Positions 47,631-57,862 are shown, counted from the stretch's first letter. The stretch is 64,000 bases of DNA from Gammaproteobacteria bacterium (GCA_965221695.1 OZ244905.1:736001-800000), one strand, 5' to 3'. The notes: generated by a model not told the origin, from the letters alone. Numbers and translations are program-made.

Positions 47631-49867
47631 TAGCTCACCTTCCGCGCCTTGTACTCCTCCGGACTTTCCGCGGTTTTGTATTTTTCCACTGCGATCTTCC
47701 GATGCAGGATGACCGGTTGTTCCGCGACCGGCGGTGATGCTATCTCCGCAGGGTAACAACCCATGGTTTGCTTAGCCGGGTCCATGTTGGTGCGTTTCGA
47801 GAACTGGCGCCGGTTGGTACGCTCGGCGGGGATAATATTGCCTTCACTGTCGCTGTCGAGGTCCCACCACCACTTCTTCACCGGGTTGATCAAACCGTTG
47901 CCCACCACGTCATCCAGTTTTGCGATCCAGCTTCGGGTAAACGGCAGGTTCATCGCCGCCCACAGGAACGGCCTCTCAGCCAACACCCCCTCAATGTTCC
48001 AGGGGCAGGTCTTCATACAGCGGCCGCACAGCGCGCCGGCGGCGTTGGTAATCCGATAACGCGCGCATTTTTCCACGTCCGGCTTCCACATTTCATAGCC
48101 GTTGAACATGATTTTGTCGCCGTAGGGGATCGCCTGGCACGGGCACTCCCGCGCGCACTTGGTGCATTTCTCACAAAAATCCTGCAAGCCGAAATCGATC
48201 GGTTTATCCGGCAATAACGGCAAATCAGTCGTGATAATACCGGACTTGAAGCGCGGACCCACGTAGGGATTCAACACCAGTTCACCGATGCGGCTCAGTT
48301 CGCCCAGCCCCGCTTCCAGGATGATAGGAATATGCAGAACATCCTGGTCCATCACGCTGTGGCCCCGGGCGGAATACCCCAGGGAGCGGATATGGGCGCC
48401 GACAACACCGCCGATGAGCTGGGCGCGCAAGTAGGCGCGCATGCTTTGTGCGCCACTGATCCAGTCATCCCCGCTGGCGCCTTCCATGGTCTCGTAGCCC
48501 TGGTCCACCAGGATGGCGATTCCGTACTTGTGGTACGGCTTTATCTCCGAACCGTCGGTATCGTGGGAATACCAGGCATAGTCGGGCAGCTCGCAGATGC
48601 CCACCATGTCCGCTCCCATGTAATACAGGGCGGCCTTCACCGCCTCGGCGTTTTTTTTCGGATCATCGGTACCGGGGGCAATAGCATCCGCTTCCTTGCC
48701 ATACTGCAGCGGCACCATTGCACCCAGCGGCGGTATCATCGCATGGCCGTATGGCGACTTGGTGATCATGCGAAAATTGTGCAATTCCTGCTGCGGTTTA
48801 TCACCGAGATCGCCCAGGGCAGCGCGGATAAACATATCGTGACGTTTGGGAACCCGCGGCACGTTCGGCCGGTCAATAAACGTAGTGGTGGTGTCCTGCG
48901 TTTTCAGTTTTTCCATCGGATAAGGACCCAGGCGGAACGGCCTGTTTTTGAACAGCTTGCCCTTGTAGCCCGGTCGCGCCCCGCCCATTCCCAGCCACCA
49001 GCCCGGGCCATGAGACTTCAGCGATTGCATCATCCCGCGTTGCGCCAGCGGTTTATCGGCCGCCAGCTCCATGGTTGTCGAGACCACGGCCATACCGAAT
49101 TGATCCCCAAGGTAGGGGTTGGTGACCTTGCCACCGCCGTTGGCGCCGGTTACCTCTCCCAGGCCGCTGCAAAGCAACAGGTAATCGAGATCGAGGTCGC
49201 TTGCCGATGCGGTGTGCAATGTCGCCTCATATCCCAGAAAACGGATGTAATTCACCATCACCGCCGCCGCTTCGGCCACTCTTAGCGCTGCCCGCTGTGG
49301 CTGGGTACCGACCAGCCAGGTTTCGCTCTCAGCATGAGATTCCGGTTCCCTGGTGTACTCGAACAGTAGGACCAGCGCATAGCCATGACTGAAATCCTTG
49401 TTCGCGTCCTCCATGGAACGCTGCCAGGCTTCCTGGCCTTCCCGGACGGTAAACTCTGCCATCGCATTGGCCGCCGACCCGGCCTGGTATTCTTTTTCCT
49501 GCGCTTGCGCCAGCGACTCATTGATGATGGGTTGTGCCAGTATCGCTTGTTCGGGTATCGCGCAGGTCGCCGCCATACTGACATCGAGGTTGTAACAACC
49601 GGCTTTCAGGTGATTGGCGCGTTCTTGCGGGTCTGACGGAATGGGCGCCTGCTTGGGCGCCGGGTCGCCCAGGCGCATGCGGTCGAACAGGTCGAGGTAT
49701 TCACGGAACGCGCCGGCCATGGATTCCGGATTGCCGGGCGTAACCGCTTCCCGCGTTCGTTGCCCTGCAGCCGGTGAATAGTCGGGTATGGAATTACCGC
49801 GTGCCAGCCGTTCCAGCGGGAATGGACCCATGTGCATGGCACGATGTTTATGGGAAAAGAGTCGCAT
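47630..49867 (-). CDS. rdhA: Catabolic cobalamin-dependent reductive dehalogenase (NpRdhA/BhbA-type, no fused reductase)
   Basis: Duplicated B12 domain, SMRAY, AGLGELSRIG, NPYVGPRFKSG, FCEKCTKCARECP and CGRCMKTCPW 4Fe-4S motifs; no Tat signal. Confidence 0.92.
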   Translation of the reverse strand: MRLFSHKHRAMHMGPFPLERLARGNSIPDYSPAAGQRTREAVTPGNPESMAGAFREYLDLFDRMRLGDPAPKQAPIPSDPQERANHLKAGCYNLDVSMAATCAIPEQAILAQPIINESLAQAQEKEYQAGSAANAMAEFTVREGQEAWQRSMEDANKDFSHGYALVLLFEYTREPESHAESETWLVGTQPQRAALRVAEAAAVMVNYIRFLGYEATLHTASASDLDLDYLLLCSGLGEVTGANGGGKVTNPYLGDQFGMAVVSTTMELAADKPLAQRGMMQSLKSHGPGWWLGMGGARPGYKGKLFKNRPFRLGPYPMEKLKTQDTTTTFIDRPNVPRVPKRHDMFIRAALGDLGDKPQQELHNFRMITKSPYGHAMIPPLGAMVPLQYGKEADAIAPGTDDPKKNAEAVKAALYYMGADMVGICELPDYAWYSHDTDGSEIKPYHKYGIAILVDQGYETMEGASGDDWISGAQSMRAYLRAQLIGGVVGAHIRSLGYSARGHSVMDQDVLHIPIILEAGLGELSRIGELVLNPYVGPRFKSGIITTDLPLLPDKPIDFGLQDFCEKCTKCARECPCQAIPYGDKIMFNGYEMWKPDVEKCARYRITNAAGALCGRCMKTCPWNIEGVLAERPFLWAAMNLPFTRSWIAKLDDVVGNGLINPVKKWWWDLDSDSEGNIIPAERTNRRQFSKRTNMDPAKQTMGCYPAEIASPPVAEQPVILHRKIAVEKYKTAESPEEYKARKVS

Positions 49868-49934
49868 TTCAATCAATCGCCAATGTTATGATTCGATGTT
49901 CGATAACGGGTTTGGATGCTGCCCCTGTTGATCT

Positions 49935-50528
49935 TTATGTTTTTTGCAGTCCGAGTTCGCGCAAGTAGTCATGCACGAAATCAATCCGGTCATTGCCCCA
50001 GAATATCTGGTCGCCTTGCACAAATGTCGGCACGCCGATCACACCGGCTTCCTGCGCCTCCTGCCAGTTGTCCTCCAGGACCTTCTGCCTGGCCGGATCA
50101 TCCAGTGACGCACTGAACTCATCGGGGTCTAGGCCACACTCACGGGCGATGTCCACCAGGGTATCAAGCTGTCCAATATCCTTACCCAGCGCCCATTCGG
50201 TATCCATCACCCGGTTGATATAGTCTCGCAGGCAGCCTTTTTCTTCGGCCAATAGAGAACCAACACCCGCCGGAGTCGGATCAGTGGTAATGGGTGGAGG
50301 GTTGCAAGGGATATTCATCCGTTTTGCCCAGCGGGCAACATCCTGGCGGGTAAGCGGGATTTTGACCTTTGCCCGGTCCGGCGCCGAGCGGCCGTTCCAT
50401 CCTGCCAGCGGCCGCCAAACCAGGTTGACATGGTAGTCATCCACCAGGCTGAACATGGTCTTGCTGGCGAGATAACAATAAGGACTTCGAAAATTGAAGA
50501 AAAACTTTAAATCAACAGACTCCCTCAC
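49935..50528 (-). CDS. 2-hydroxychromene-2-carboxylate isomerase / kappa-GST (NahD-like)
   Basis: FNFRSPYCYL, D.ARWA, GVIGVPTF, FWGNDRI. Confidence 0.85.
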   Translation of the reverse strand: MRESVDLKFFFNFRSPYCYLASKTMFSLVDDYHVNLVWRPLAGWNGRSAPDRAKVKIPLTRQDVARWAKRMNIPCNPPPITTDPTPAGVGSLLAEEKGCLRDYINRVMDTEWALGKDIGQLDTLVDIARECGLDPDEFSASLDDPARQKVLEDNWQEAQEAGVIGVPTFVQGDQIFWGNDRIDFVHDYLRELGLQKT

Positions 50529-50548
50529 CTGTGCTGCTCCTTACGTCT

Positions 50549-50615
50549 GCCAAAGAGGGCACGAATGTCGCAGAGCAATCAAGTCAAACTCTGTGAATTC
50601 TGTACCCTCTGTGGC
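50549..50615. repeat. Degenerate IR element (GCCACAGAG/CTCTGTGGC family)
   Basis: GCCAAAGAGGGCAC...CAGAG / CTCTGTGAATTCTGTACCCTCTGTGGC. Confidence 0.6.
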
Positions 50616-50631
50616 AATAAAATAAGTGATG

Positions 50632-51939
50632 TTACCTGCCGCTCTTGCGCAGGTTTTGCACCGTGAACATCTGCGGCGGGTTCAACGTGGGATCCAACTG
50701 GCCCTTGAACTGGCCGGTGGTGCAGTGTTTTGCCTGCACGTCATACATCATGAAGCAATTATCGATGGCGACGCCGGAACCCTTGTTACCGGGCAAGTGC
50801 CGGTCCGGATAGGCCTGGCAGATGGAAAACGACTTCCACAGGTCGCCCTTGCGGTCGAACTCGGCCTGGCGCGGAATGGTGTATGTCTGCGCATCGATAT
50901 ACATTACGCGCCGGCTCAACGGGTGATTCGGATCCTTCGGCGTCCCGTGCAGCTCATAGACCTTGCGCAGTTCCCAGGTGGTCTTAGGATAACAACCATC
51001 CACGTCAACGAACTGGTAACCATCGGGTTCGGGCGGCATATCGGTGGCCAGTTCCAGCTCGTCATGGTTATGGAACGGCAGAAAACCGTTCTTTGTGCCG
51101 ATATACTCCCAGTTGTAGTCGGATACGCGGTTGTTGTAGCCTTCAAAGTCCTCGATCATGATATCCGTGCCCAGGAATGCATCCGTCGTCTGCCCCGTGG
51201 CCAGACGCCGTACTCGCCGCTGGAAACCCAGGTACAGCCAGGCGTCATCCCGCTTCAGGTCGTTCTTGTAACGATGAATGAGAAGCTGGGTATTGGCGAT
51301 ATCAAACGGCTCCAGCGCGCGCACATAAATTGAGCGGAACAATTGCGCGGGATTGTCTTCAAACTCCGGAACCGGTTCCTGGTTCACCCGATGTTTCCAA
51401 TTCAGGAAATGGAAGCTCCACTTGATAGTGCGTTCGAGCTTTCCTGATTTGGCGTTCCTGAACTTCCAGTAGAACGGCGAGATTGCGGCGTTATCGCCCC
51501 AGTTATAACCGTACTGGTAATTCCAGGCGACTTTCAGTCCAGCCTGGGGGTCATTCACATCCGGTTCAGCAGGAAATGCCCGCCCGGCAACAAAATTATC
51601 CACCAGCCCATCCGCATTCAAGGATGGTTGATTGTTGACCGCTTCCATGGTTGCCTTGATATAGTTCGGGTGTAACTCCAATGATTCCGTTACCTTAGTC
51701 TGCAATGCCGTCTCACCGTTTTTGATATGGTCGTACAACGCCGGATCGAGAATCTCCTTGAACTGCTCCACGTTACCCTGGTCGATGACCATCCCGGGCG
51801 TGTATCCTGGAAACTCCGGTGTCCAGTTTTCATAAGGATAAAACGATTTCCTTACATCTTCTTCGGTAAAATCGGCTGAGACCGCCAGGCTCAGGGCAAC
51901 CAGCGGCATAACAGCGAGATACTTGACATACTTGAACAT
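50632..51939 (-). CDS. DUF1329 family periplasmic protein (paralogue 1)
   Basis: Signal peptide, AWLYLGFQRRVRRLATGQTTDAFLGTD, DRKGDLWK; AGGAAGGAGG RBS. Confidence 0.9.
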   Translation of the reverse strand: MFKYVKYLAVMPLVALSLAVSADFTEEDVRKSFYPYENWTPEFPGYTPGMVIDQGNVEQFKEILDPALYDHIKNGETALQTKVTESLELHPNYIKATMEAVNNQPSLNADGLVDNFVAGRAFPAEPDVNDPQAGLKVAWNYQYGYNWGDNAAISPFYWKFRNAKSGKLERTIKWSFHFLNWKHRVNQEPVPEFEDNPAQLFRSIYVRALEPFDIANTQLLIHRYKNDLKRDDAWLYLGFQRRVRRLATGQTTDAFLGTDIMIEDFEGYNNRVSDYNWEYIGTKNGFLPFHNHDELELATDMPPEPDGYQFVDVDGCYPKTTWELRKVYELHGTPKDPNHPLSRRVMYIDAQTYTIPRQAEFDRKGDLWKSFSICQAYPDRHLPGNKGSGVAIDNCFMMYDVQAKHCTTGQFKGQLDPTLNPPQMFTVQNLRKSGR

Positions 51940-51969
51940 AATAATTAAGCCTCCTTCCTGAAAATAGTG

Positions 51970-54123
51970 TTAGAAGCGATAGCGAATCAGAACTTGAAAC
52001 TCGTCCTCGTGCTGCGCCATGCCGATGGGACCGGAACGGAATCGGCCCAGTGGTTCAAAACCCCTGCGGTCTCCGCAACTGGAACCCACAACATAGGGTT
52101 CGGTACAACCGGGGCCATTAGTAAACGGCGGAAATGCATTGGAAGTACGACCGTCATCCGCGACTCGGGCGCCGGTGCCCAACTTGATATTGGCGCCGAA
52201 GATCAAACGCAGGTTATCGTTGATCAGGTAGTCCACACCCGGGGCCACGACGGCCGCCTTGGCGCGAAAATCATACGCGGTGATAATTCGCGGCAGTACC
52301 CGGTCGTTCCTGAAGAAACCCTGGAACAGGAAAGTGCCGATATAACCATTCTTCCAGTCCTGGAAACCGATCTGCTGCCCGCTGATGGGATGACTGATTG
52401 ATTTGTGATCAAGCAGGTGCTGGCCGAAAATCTGGGCCGACAGCAGGAAGGTCCTGTTCGGGTTCAACCAGCGGATATAGGTGGGGCGGTCCCAACCGAT
52501 GACCCAGCGAATCACGTCTGATTCGGAATTCAGGTCAGATGCCGAGGTATCGGCAAACTCCTCGCCACTGGTATGGGCCAGTTCCACCCGGAACGCCGAC
52601 TTCAGTGGATCAATGTAAAAGTCCGCCGAGCCGCCTATCAGGGTAACCCTTGGGAAGTGGATATCAAATGCCGGCACATATTGCCTGACCCGTTCAAGAC
52701 CGGGCGTATCGGTAGGATCAAGCGGGCTGAAGCCCAACGGGCATCCGGCAAACGCCGGGCTCCACAGTCCCGGCGCAGGTGTAGTCGGTGGGCAACCCTG
52801 GGGTGGAATCAAGGTTCCCAGGAACGGGTTGACGCCTTCGATCTCGGCGCGTAAAGCCGGGAGTTGCGAATAAAATGTCATCGCGTTAAGCGAGAAACCC
52901 ACGCCCCTGAACACACCTTCCAAACGCACCCCGCCCTGGTCGAAGTCCCAGCCGGGCAAGTGGATATCACGGATACCGATAACATGACGGGGGAAATCCG
53001 TTGCCAGGTTCCCATCCGGGGCAAGATGACCGGCAAAGTTATTGACGGTACACCCATTGTCCCAACAATTCTTCAGCGCCCGGAACAGGTCACCGGCAAG
53101 CAGGATATTGTAAGGCTGCCCGCCTTGACCCAGGTTGTTCGGACGGAATTTCTCGAAGTTCCAGATCACCTGGAAGTTCAGGTCATCAAAGGCGCCTACA
53201 GCGCCGGCACGGTACTCCGCAGAAAAGATCCCCAGCGGGATACGGCTGTCCTCGAACTCCTCGTAAATACTCTGGATAGAAAAATCGATCGGGTTGACCT
53301 GGTCCAGTACCCGAAACAGGTCGGTGCGGCCCCAGACCACCTGCTGGCGGCCGATGCGGAAGTTGATCTCATCGCCGTTGTTGACCGGCATGGTCGCGTC
53401 AACGTAGATCTCCCGCAACCAACCATGGTCATCAGTGAATTCTGGAAAGCGCAGGTCGTCCAGGGTCGCATCCATATAACCGGGGATACAACCGCGGGGA
53501 TCGACATCACAGGGCCGGGTCGGGGTAAACAGTTCCAACCCGCCGCCGTACTCACCGTTATTGTTGCTGGCTGCAAGTTCGCCACCCACCCTTTTCAGTC
53601 CTTCATTGGGATTGACTGTGGTATCGAAACCAAAGCCTCCGCCCCCGGGCAGGGCCGGCACACCCGCAGAGACCGGTGAGAAGCCCCAGGGCGCATCCAC
53701 GGTGGGATGATTTGTGAGTTCAGAAACATTGACCATTTGCAACTCGGCATCAGGACCGAATCCGACCGGAAGATAGACCCCTGAACCGGAACTGGTGGTC
53801 GTGACCGGTCCTCCCGAACGCTTGCCAAAGGTATCGTCGTTCAGGTCGTAGACGCCATCATAGGTGGCTCGCAGGGTTCCATGAAAGGACAACTCGGAGA
53901 ACAATCCCGTGGGCTTGAATATTTTCGACCACTCAATCTGACCGCGTATGCGTTCCTTGGTAATGCCGTAACTGTCACGGTGGTGGTAGGTGTTGTCGAC
54001 AAAGCCGTGGATTGTCAGGGTGCCGTCACTCGAGTTCCACGCAGATACCGACAGTGGCGCGATGGCAACAGCGCCTGCGATCGCACTCGATAACAGGGTG
54101 AGAGAAAACCTGCGGATATTCAT
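51970..54123 (-). CDS. DUF1302 family outer-membrane beta-barrel protein
   Basis: Signal peptide, LREIYVD...RIGRQQVVWGRTDLFRVLDQVNP.D, C-terminal IRYRF beta-signal. Confidence 0.88.
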   Translation of the reverse strand: MNIRRFSLTLLSSAIAGAVAIAPLSVSAWNSSDGTLTIHGFVDNTYHHRDSYGITKERIRGQIEWSKIFKPTGLFSELSFHGTLRATYDGVYDLNDDTFGKRSGGPVTTTSSGSGVYLPVGFGPDAELQMVNVSELTNHPTVDAPWGFSPVSAGVPALPGGGGFGFDTTVNPNEGLKRVGGELAASNNNGEYGGGLELFTPTRPCDVDPRGCIPGYMDATLDDLRFPEFTDDHGWLREIYVDATMPVNNGDEINFRIGRQQVVWGRTDLFRVLDQVNPIDFSIQSIYEEFEDSRIPLGIFSAEYRAGAVGAFDDLNFQVIWNFEKFRPNNLGQGGQPYNILLAGDLFRALKNCWDNGCTVNNFAGHLAPDGNLATDFPRHVIGIRDIHLPGWDFDQGGVRLEGVFRGVGFSLNAMTFYSQLPALRAEIEGVNPFLGTLIPPQGCPPTTPAPGLWSPAFAGCPLGFSPLDPTDTPGLERVRQYVPAFDIHFPRVTLIGGSADFYIDPLKSAFRVELAHTSGEEFADTSASDLNSESDVIRWVIGWDRPTYIRWLNPNRTFLLSAQIFGQHLLDHKSISHPISGQQIGFQDWKNGYIGTFLFQGFFRNDRVLPRIITAYDFRAKAAVVAPGVDYLINDNLRLIFGANIKLGTGARVADDGRTSNAFPPFTNGPGCTEPYVVGSSCGDRRGFEPLGRFRSGPIGMAQHEDEFQVLIRYRF

Positions 54124-54167
54124 CGTTTATCCCCCTTCGCTAAGTGAACTTGATTAGTGTAGTTATG

Positions 54168-54183
54168 AAAATATCGATATTTT
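54168..54183. promoter_or_regulatory. Perfect palindrome AAAATATCGATATTTT, putative operator
   Basis: Upstream of DUF1302; the 12-bp core also occurs at 30817-30828. Confidence 0.45.
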
Positions 54184-54287
54184 TTCATTATAGCCTCTTT
54201 ATTCGCCATTACCATGAATATTTTTTGGGCGGGGACAGGACGTGCCTGTCTCCACCTATTGCATAATGATTCCCCAATTCCTCGCTG

Positions 54288-56687
54288 TCAGTCCATGTCA
54301 ATCTCATCGATCATCGAACCAGTGCCTTTTTCCCAGCGCTCCTCTCCAGCCTTCATGATGAATTTCGGCTTGAAAATGTTCACCCAGGCTGGCACCAGGA
54401 ACATCGCAGACGCCATGTTCATGATCAGCATGATGATAAGCAGGCGGGCCGCGTCCGCCTGGAAACGCAATTCGGAAATGAACACCCACATGATAATTCC
54501 GCCCACCAGGGTCGTAGCAGTCAGCGCAATGGCAACGCCGGTGGTGCTGACCGCGCGCCGGATCGCGTCCTGCACATTGTCGGCTACATGCATCTCCTCC
54601 TTGATGCGGTCCATCATGTAAATCGCGTAATCCACCCCAAGACCGATACCCACGGCTATCATCGGCACGGTATTGACGTTCAGCCCCATGTTCAGCAATC
54701 CCATGCAGGCATAGGTGAGCGTGGTGGCGAAGGTCATGGATACCAGCATCATGAAGCCGGAGTGGAACGAACCGTAAAACCAGAGAGTAAACGCCAGGAT
54801 CAGCACCAATACCGCGGGCACGACGATGACATTGGTCTCAAAAGCCTCTTCGTTGATGGCCGCGGTCACCCCGACCGGGCCGCCTGCCAGGTCGATGTGC
54901 AGCCCCTCAATCCGGCTGCCGGTTGTATCTATCCATTCCTTGGCCATGTGGATCGCGCGCCGTATGGTCTCGCCTGTATGGTCCTTGTAATAGAACACCA
55001 TGTTGGCCAGCCGGTCATCGGTATCGATATATTCCAGCAATGCGCCCTGGGTCGGCGCCGACATCATAAACATGAACAGCAGCCCGCCGATATTCTGGTC
55101 GATGGACGGGATCACCGCCCAACGCGGGTCATTGTTGCGAGTCATCTGGTTCACCTGGGTCAGCAGGTTGTTGACCCCCTTCACACCGCCCAGTTTCGGG
55201 TCCAACAGCATGTGGTTCTGGAAATCCGCCAACGCTTTCATGATCTCCGGTTTTTTCAAACCACCTATTTCATCGGCGCGGGCAATGATGAACAGTTCCT
55301 CCGCTCCCGGAAAACGTTCATTGATCGCAGTGGATGAAACATTGAAATCATGGTCGTGATAGAGCAACGGTGAGCCCGGTTCCGGTTCCCCGATCTGCAC
55401 CCAGGAACTGAAATACGTCGCGCAAAGAGCAATGATGAGACAGGTAATGAGCACCGCTTTCGAACGTCCCCTGGTACCGACAACCTGGGCAAACTTGGGA
55501 AAGATCGCCCGCGCCAGGGTATGCTTGACGGCCACATCTTTGGGCCTTGGCAGTTCCGCCAGCAGCATCGGGATCACGATCAGCACGGTGACCACCATGC
55601 AGACCGCCCAGAACGACGCGTAAATGGCCATCTTGTCATTAATCGGCACCGAACCCAAGCCGATGAGGTACAGCGCGGAGGCATCCGCAACGATGGCCAG
55701 CGCGCCGGGCCTGAACAACGCGTTGAAGGTGTTTCGGGCCGCTGGCACCTTCTCGCCGGTGCGCGACAACTCAAGGAAATAGCGTTCCATTTTCTGGATG
55801 CCGTGGGACATGGCGCGCGCAGAGATCAGAAACGGCACCACCAGCATCAGCGGATCCAGGTTATAACCGAACACCCCCATGAAACCCACACCCCAGATAC
55901 TGGTCAGGATCATGCCCAGCAACGGCAGCAGGATACCGTAAAGCCGGCGCGAGTAGAAAACCAGGATGCCCAGTACGATCAATATGGTATAGAAGAAGAT
56001 GAGTAGGATATCGCCACTGTAGGAATCCACCCAACCCACCAGCACCGGGTGGCCGGTGGCGTGGATTTTCACTCCCGGCGCGGCCTCTTCCGCCCGGATC
56101 GCCTGGATTTCCTCAAACACCTTGCCGTAATCGAGCTGGCCTTCATTTAAGGTGCCCTTGATCAAGGCCGCTTTCATGTCCGGCGAAACCAGCAATCCGT
56201 AGACATTGGTACTGGCCAGCACGTCCCGTTGAATCTGCGCCAGTTGTTCTTCCGTGTATTCTTCGTGGTGCGGGTCGTAATAGTTCTGCGAACGGATGGT
56301 GCCATCCGGAGTCAGGAAGATCTTCCTGGTGTTGCGGTGGGTCAGGCTGGTCACCAGGTTGTGGTTGATATTGGACACGCTGTCCAGCTTTTGGGTAATG
56401 CGGTGAATCCGGTCGAGGGCATCATTCGTGAAGATCGTCCCCTCCTCCACTTCCATCGCCATGACGATGATATTGGCCCCGCCGAACGTATCGCGGATAC
56501 TGTTATGCAGTTGTATGTACGGGTGTTCCTGGGGCAACAGGTCGGCAAAGTCCGAGAGCATGCGCACGGTGGGAATATTCCAGGCAAACATCGCGGTAAT
56601 CAGGAATATCAGCGCCAGCACGAATTTCCGGTTGTTGAACAGGAAATTACCGAATACCGGAAAAATCTGGCTGGTATCTAGTTTCAT
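54288..56687 (-). CDS. RND-superfamily (MMPL-like) inner-membrane transporter
   Basis: Two repeats of TM + periplasmic loop + 5 TM; F.DLLPQ.HPY, GIGLGVDYAIY. Confidence 0.9.
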   Translation of the reverse strand: MKLDTSQIFPVFGNFLFNNRKFVLALIFLITAMFAWNIPTVRMLSDFADLLPQEHPYIQLHNSIRDTFGGANIIVMAMEVEEGTIFTNDALDRIHRITQKLDSVSNINHNLVTSLTHRNTRKIFLTPDGTIRSQNYYDPHHEEYTEEQLAQIQRDVLASTNVYGLLVSPDMKAALIKGTLNEGQLDYGKVFEEIQAIRAEEAAPGVKIHATGHPVLVGWVDSYSGDILLIFFYTILIVLGILVFYSRRLYGILLPLLGMILTSIWGVGFMGVFGYNLDPLMLVVPFLISARAMSHGIQKMERYFLELSRTGEKVPAARNTFNALFRPGALAIVADASALYLIGLGSVPINDKMAIYASFWAVCMVVTVLIVIPMLLAELPRPKDVAVKHTLARAIFPKFAQVVGTRGRSKAVLITCLIIALCATYFSSWVQIGEPEPGSPLLYHDHDFNVSSTAINERFPGAEELFIIARADEIGGLKKPEIMKALADFQNHMLLDPKLGGVKGVNNLLTQVNQMTRNNDPRWAVIPSIDQNIGGLLFMFMMSAPTQGALLEYIDTDDRLANMVFYYKDHTGETIRRAIHMAKEWIDTTGSRIEGLHIDLAGGPVGVTAAINEEAFETNVIVVPAVLVLILAFTLWFYGSFHSGFMMLVSMTFATTLTYACMGLLNMGLNVNTVPMIAVGIGLGVDYAIYMMDRIKEEMHVADNVQDAIRRAVSTTGVAIALTATTLVGGIIMWVFISELRFQADAARLLIIMLIMNMASAMFLVPAWVNIFKPKFIMKAGEERWEKGTGSMIDEIDMD

Positions 56688-57673
56688 GATTTATCTCCCA
56701 CCAGTTCCTGAGCTGAAAAAATTTCCAATACGCCTGCGGGTCCGCTCACGATCAAGCGCTGATCGGGTAACGGCATGATCCCGCGCAGGTACTGGCGGAA
56801 CGGCCGGCCATGATCGAACGGCAACCACCTGTCTCCATCCAAACGGAAAATGCTGCCTTCACCACCGGTGACAAACAACTGGCCGTTGGCTTTTGCCAGC
56901 GTATACAATGTCACCAGGCTGCCGGTAGCTTGTGTCTCCCAGGTCTCTCCGCCATCGTCCGTAGCCAGGACCACGCCGCCCAGGCCGGCGATCCAGCCCC
57001 GGTTCGGATCCTCAAAATACATGCTTTGCGGATAAAACTCGTCCGGCATCGGCGGCATGAATTCCCAGTTGGAGCCGGCATCGGCGGTTTTCAGCAAAGT
57101 GCCGAACTCGCCGGCGATATAGATGTTCTGATCATCGAAAAACTGGATGTCCGTAAAAATAATATCCTCATCCAGGGAGGTTACGTCCCAACTCACGCCG
57201 CCATCCCGGCTGACCGAGATGGTGGAAAAGCTGCCTACCACCCACAGGTTGCCGGCAGGGTCACACTGTATGGCCTGGGGCGCCTCCTCGGTCGCGAGTT
57301 GGCTCCTGTTCCAGCTCTCACCCTGGTCGTTCGACAGCCATACTTCACCTTCAAAGGCCAGCGCGGCAAACAGGCCACCGGCGCAACTGGTAATGTCCAG
57401 GAACGCCGGCCAGGAAGGGATTTGATAGCGTTGCCAGCTCGCGCCATCGTCTTGTGACGACAGGATGACACCACCGGAGCCGACTGCGACGATATTTTGC
57501 TGAAATGCACTGACGGCCTGGAAATTGTCGGTCCTGCGAATCGGGTTTTGCAGGGCTTTCTCGACCTCATCCAGCACCAACGGCGACTCGCAAGCGGATG
57601 CCAACACGCAGGCCACAGCCAACAGCCAGCGGCTTGCAAACCGGGCGCTCTCTTTGATGTAATTATTATTCAT
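56684..57673 (-). CDS. YCF48-like BNR-repeat beta-propeller lipoprotein
   Basis: LASAC lipobox; repeated S.D.G.SW / T.DGG.TW motifs. Confidence 0.88.
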   Translation of the reverse strand: MNNNYIKESARFASRWLLAVACVLASACESPLVLDEVEKALQNPIRRTDNFQAVSAFQQNIVAVGSGGVILSSQDDGASWQRYQIPSWPAFLDITSCAGGLFAALAFEGEVWLSNDQGESWNRSQLATEEAPQAIQCDPAGNLWVVGSFSTISVSRDGGVSWDVTSLDEDIIFTDIQFFDDQNIYIAGEFGTLLKTADAGSNWEFMPPMPDEFYPQSMYFEDPNRGWIAGLGGVVLATDDGGETWETQATGSLVTLYTLAKANGQLFVTGGEGSIFRLDGDRWLPFDHGRPFRQYLRGIMPLPDQRLIVSGPAGVLEIFSAQELVGDKS

Positions 57674-57757
57674 GTTTCCCCTAAATTAACCCTCATAAAC
57701 AGCGCGCTGCGCATCCTGGCCGCATGTAATTGTTGACATAATCCAAATCACGCCCCC

Positions 57758-57862
57758 GTACCACTCGTGCGAAACACCACCTTACCACTCCCGCAAAACA
57801 CCAACTTACCACTCCCGCGAAAGCGGGAGTCCAGTCAATTACTGTGTCGCCCGCAGGGCGAC
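57758..57862. repeat. Composite REP-like cluster 4, with 24-bp-period tandem half-REPs
   Basis: TACCACTC... three times, then GCGAAAGCGGGAGTCCAG and GTCGCCCGCAGGGCGAC. Confidence 0.85.

Noticed and set aside
46499-49285. Long plus-strand ORFs (365 and 317 aa)
   Set aside because: Antisense to the hydroxylase and rdhA; expected in GC-rich coding DNA
47630-49867. Respiratory RdhA or epoxyqueuosine reductase QueG
   Set aside because: No Tat signal or RdhB; the length, duplicated B12 domain and catabolic context fit the catabolic class
57758-57830. 24-bp-period repeats as a mini CRISPR
   Set aside because: They are tandem half-REPs with no unique spacers and no cas genes
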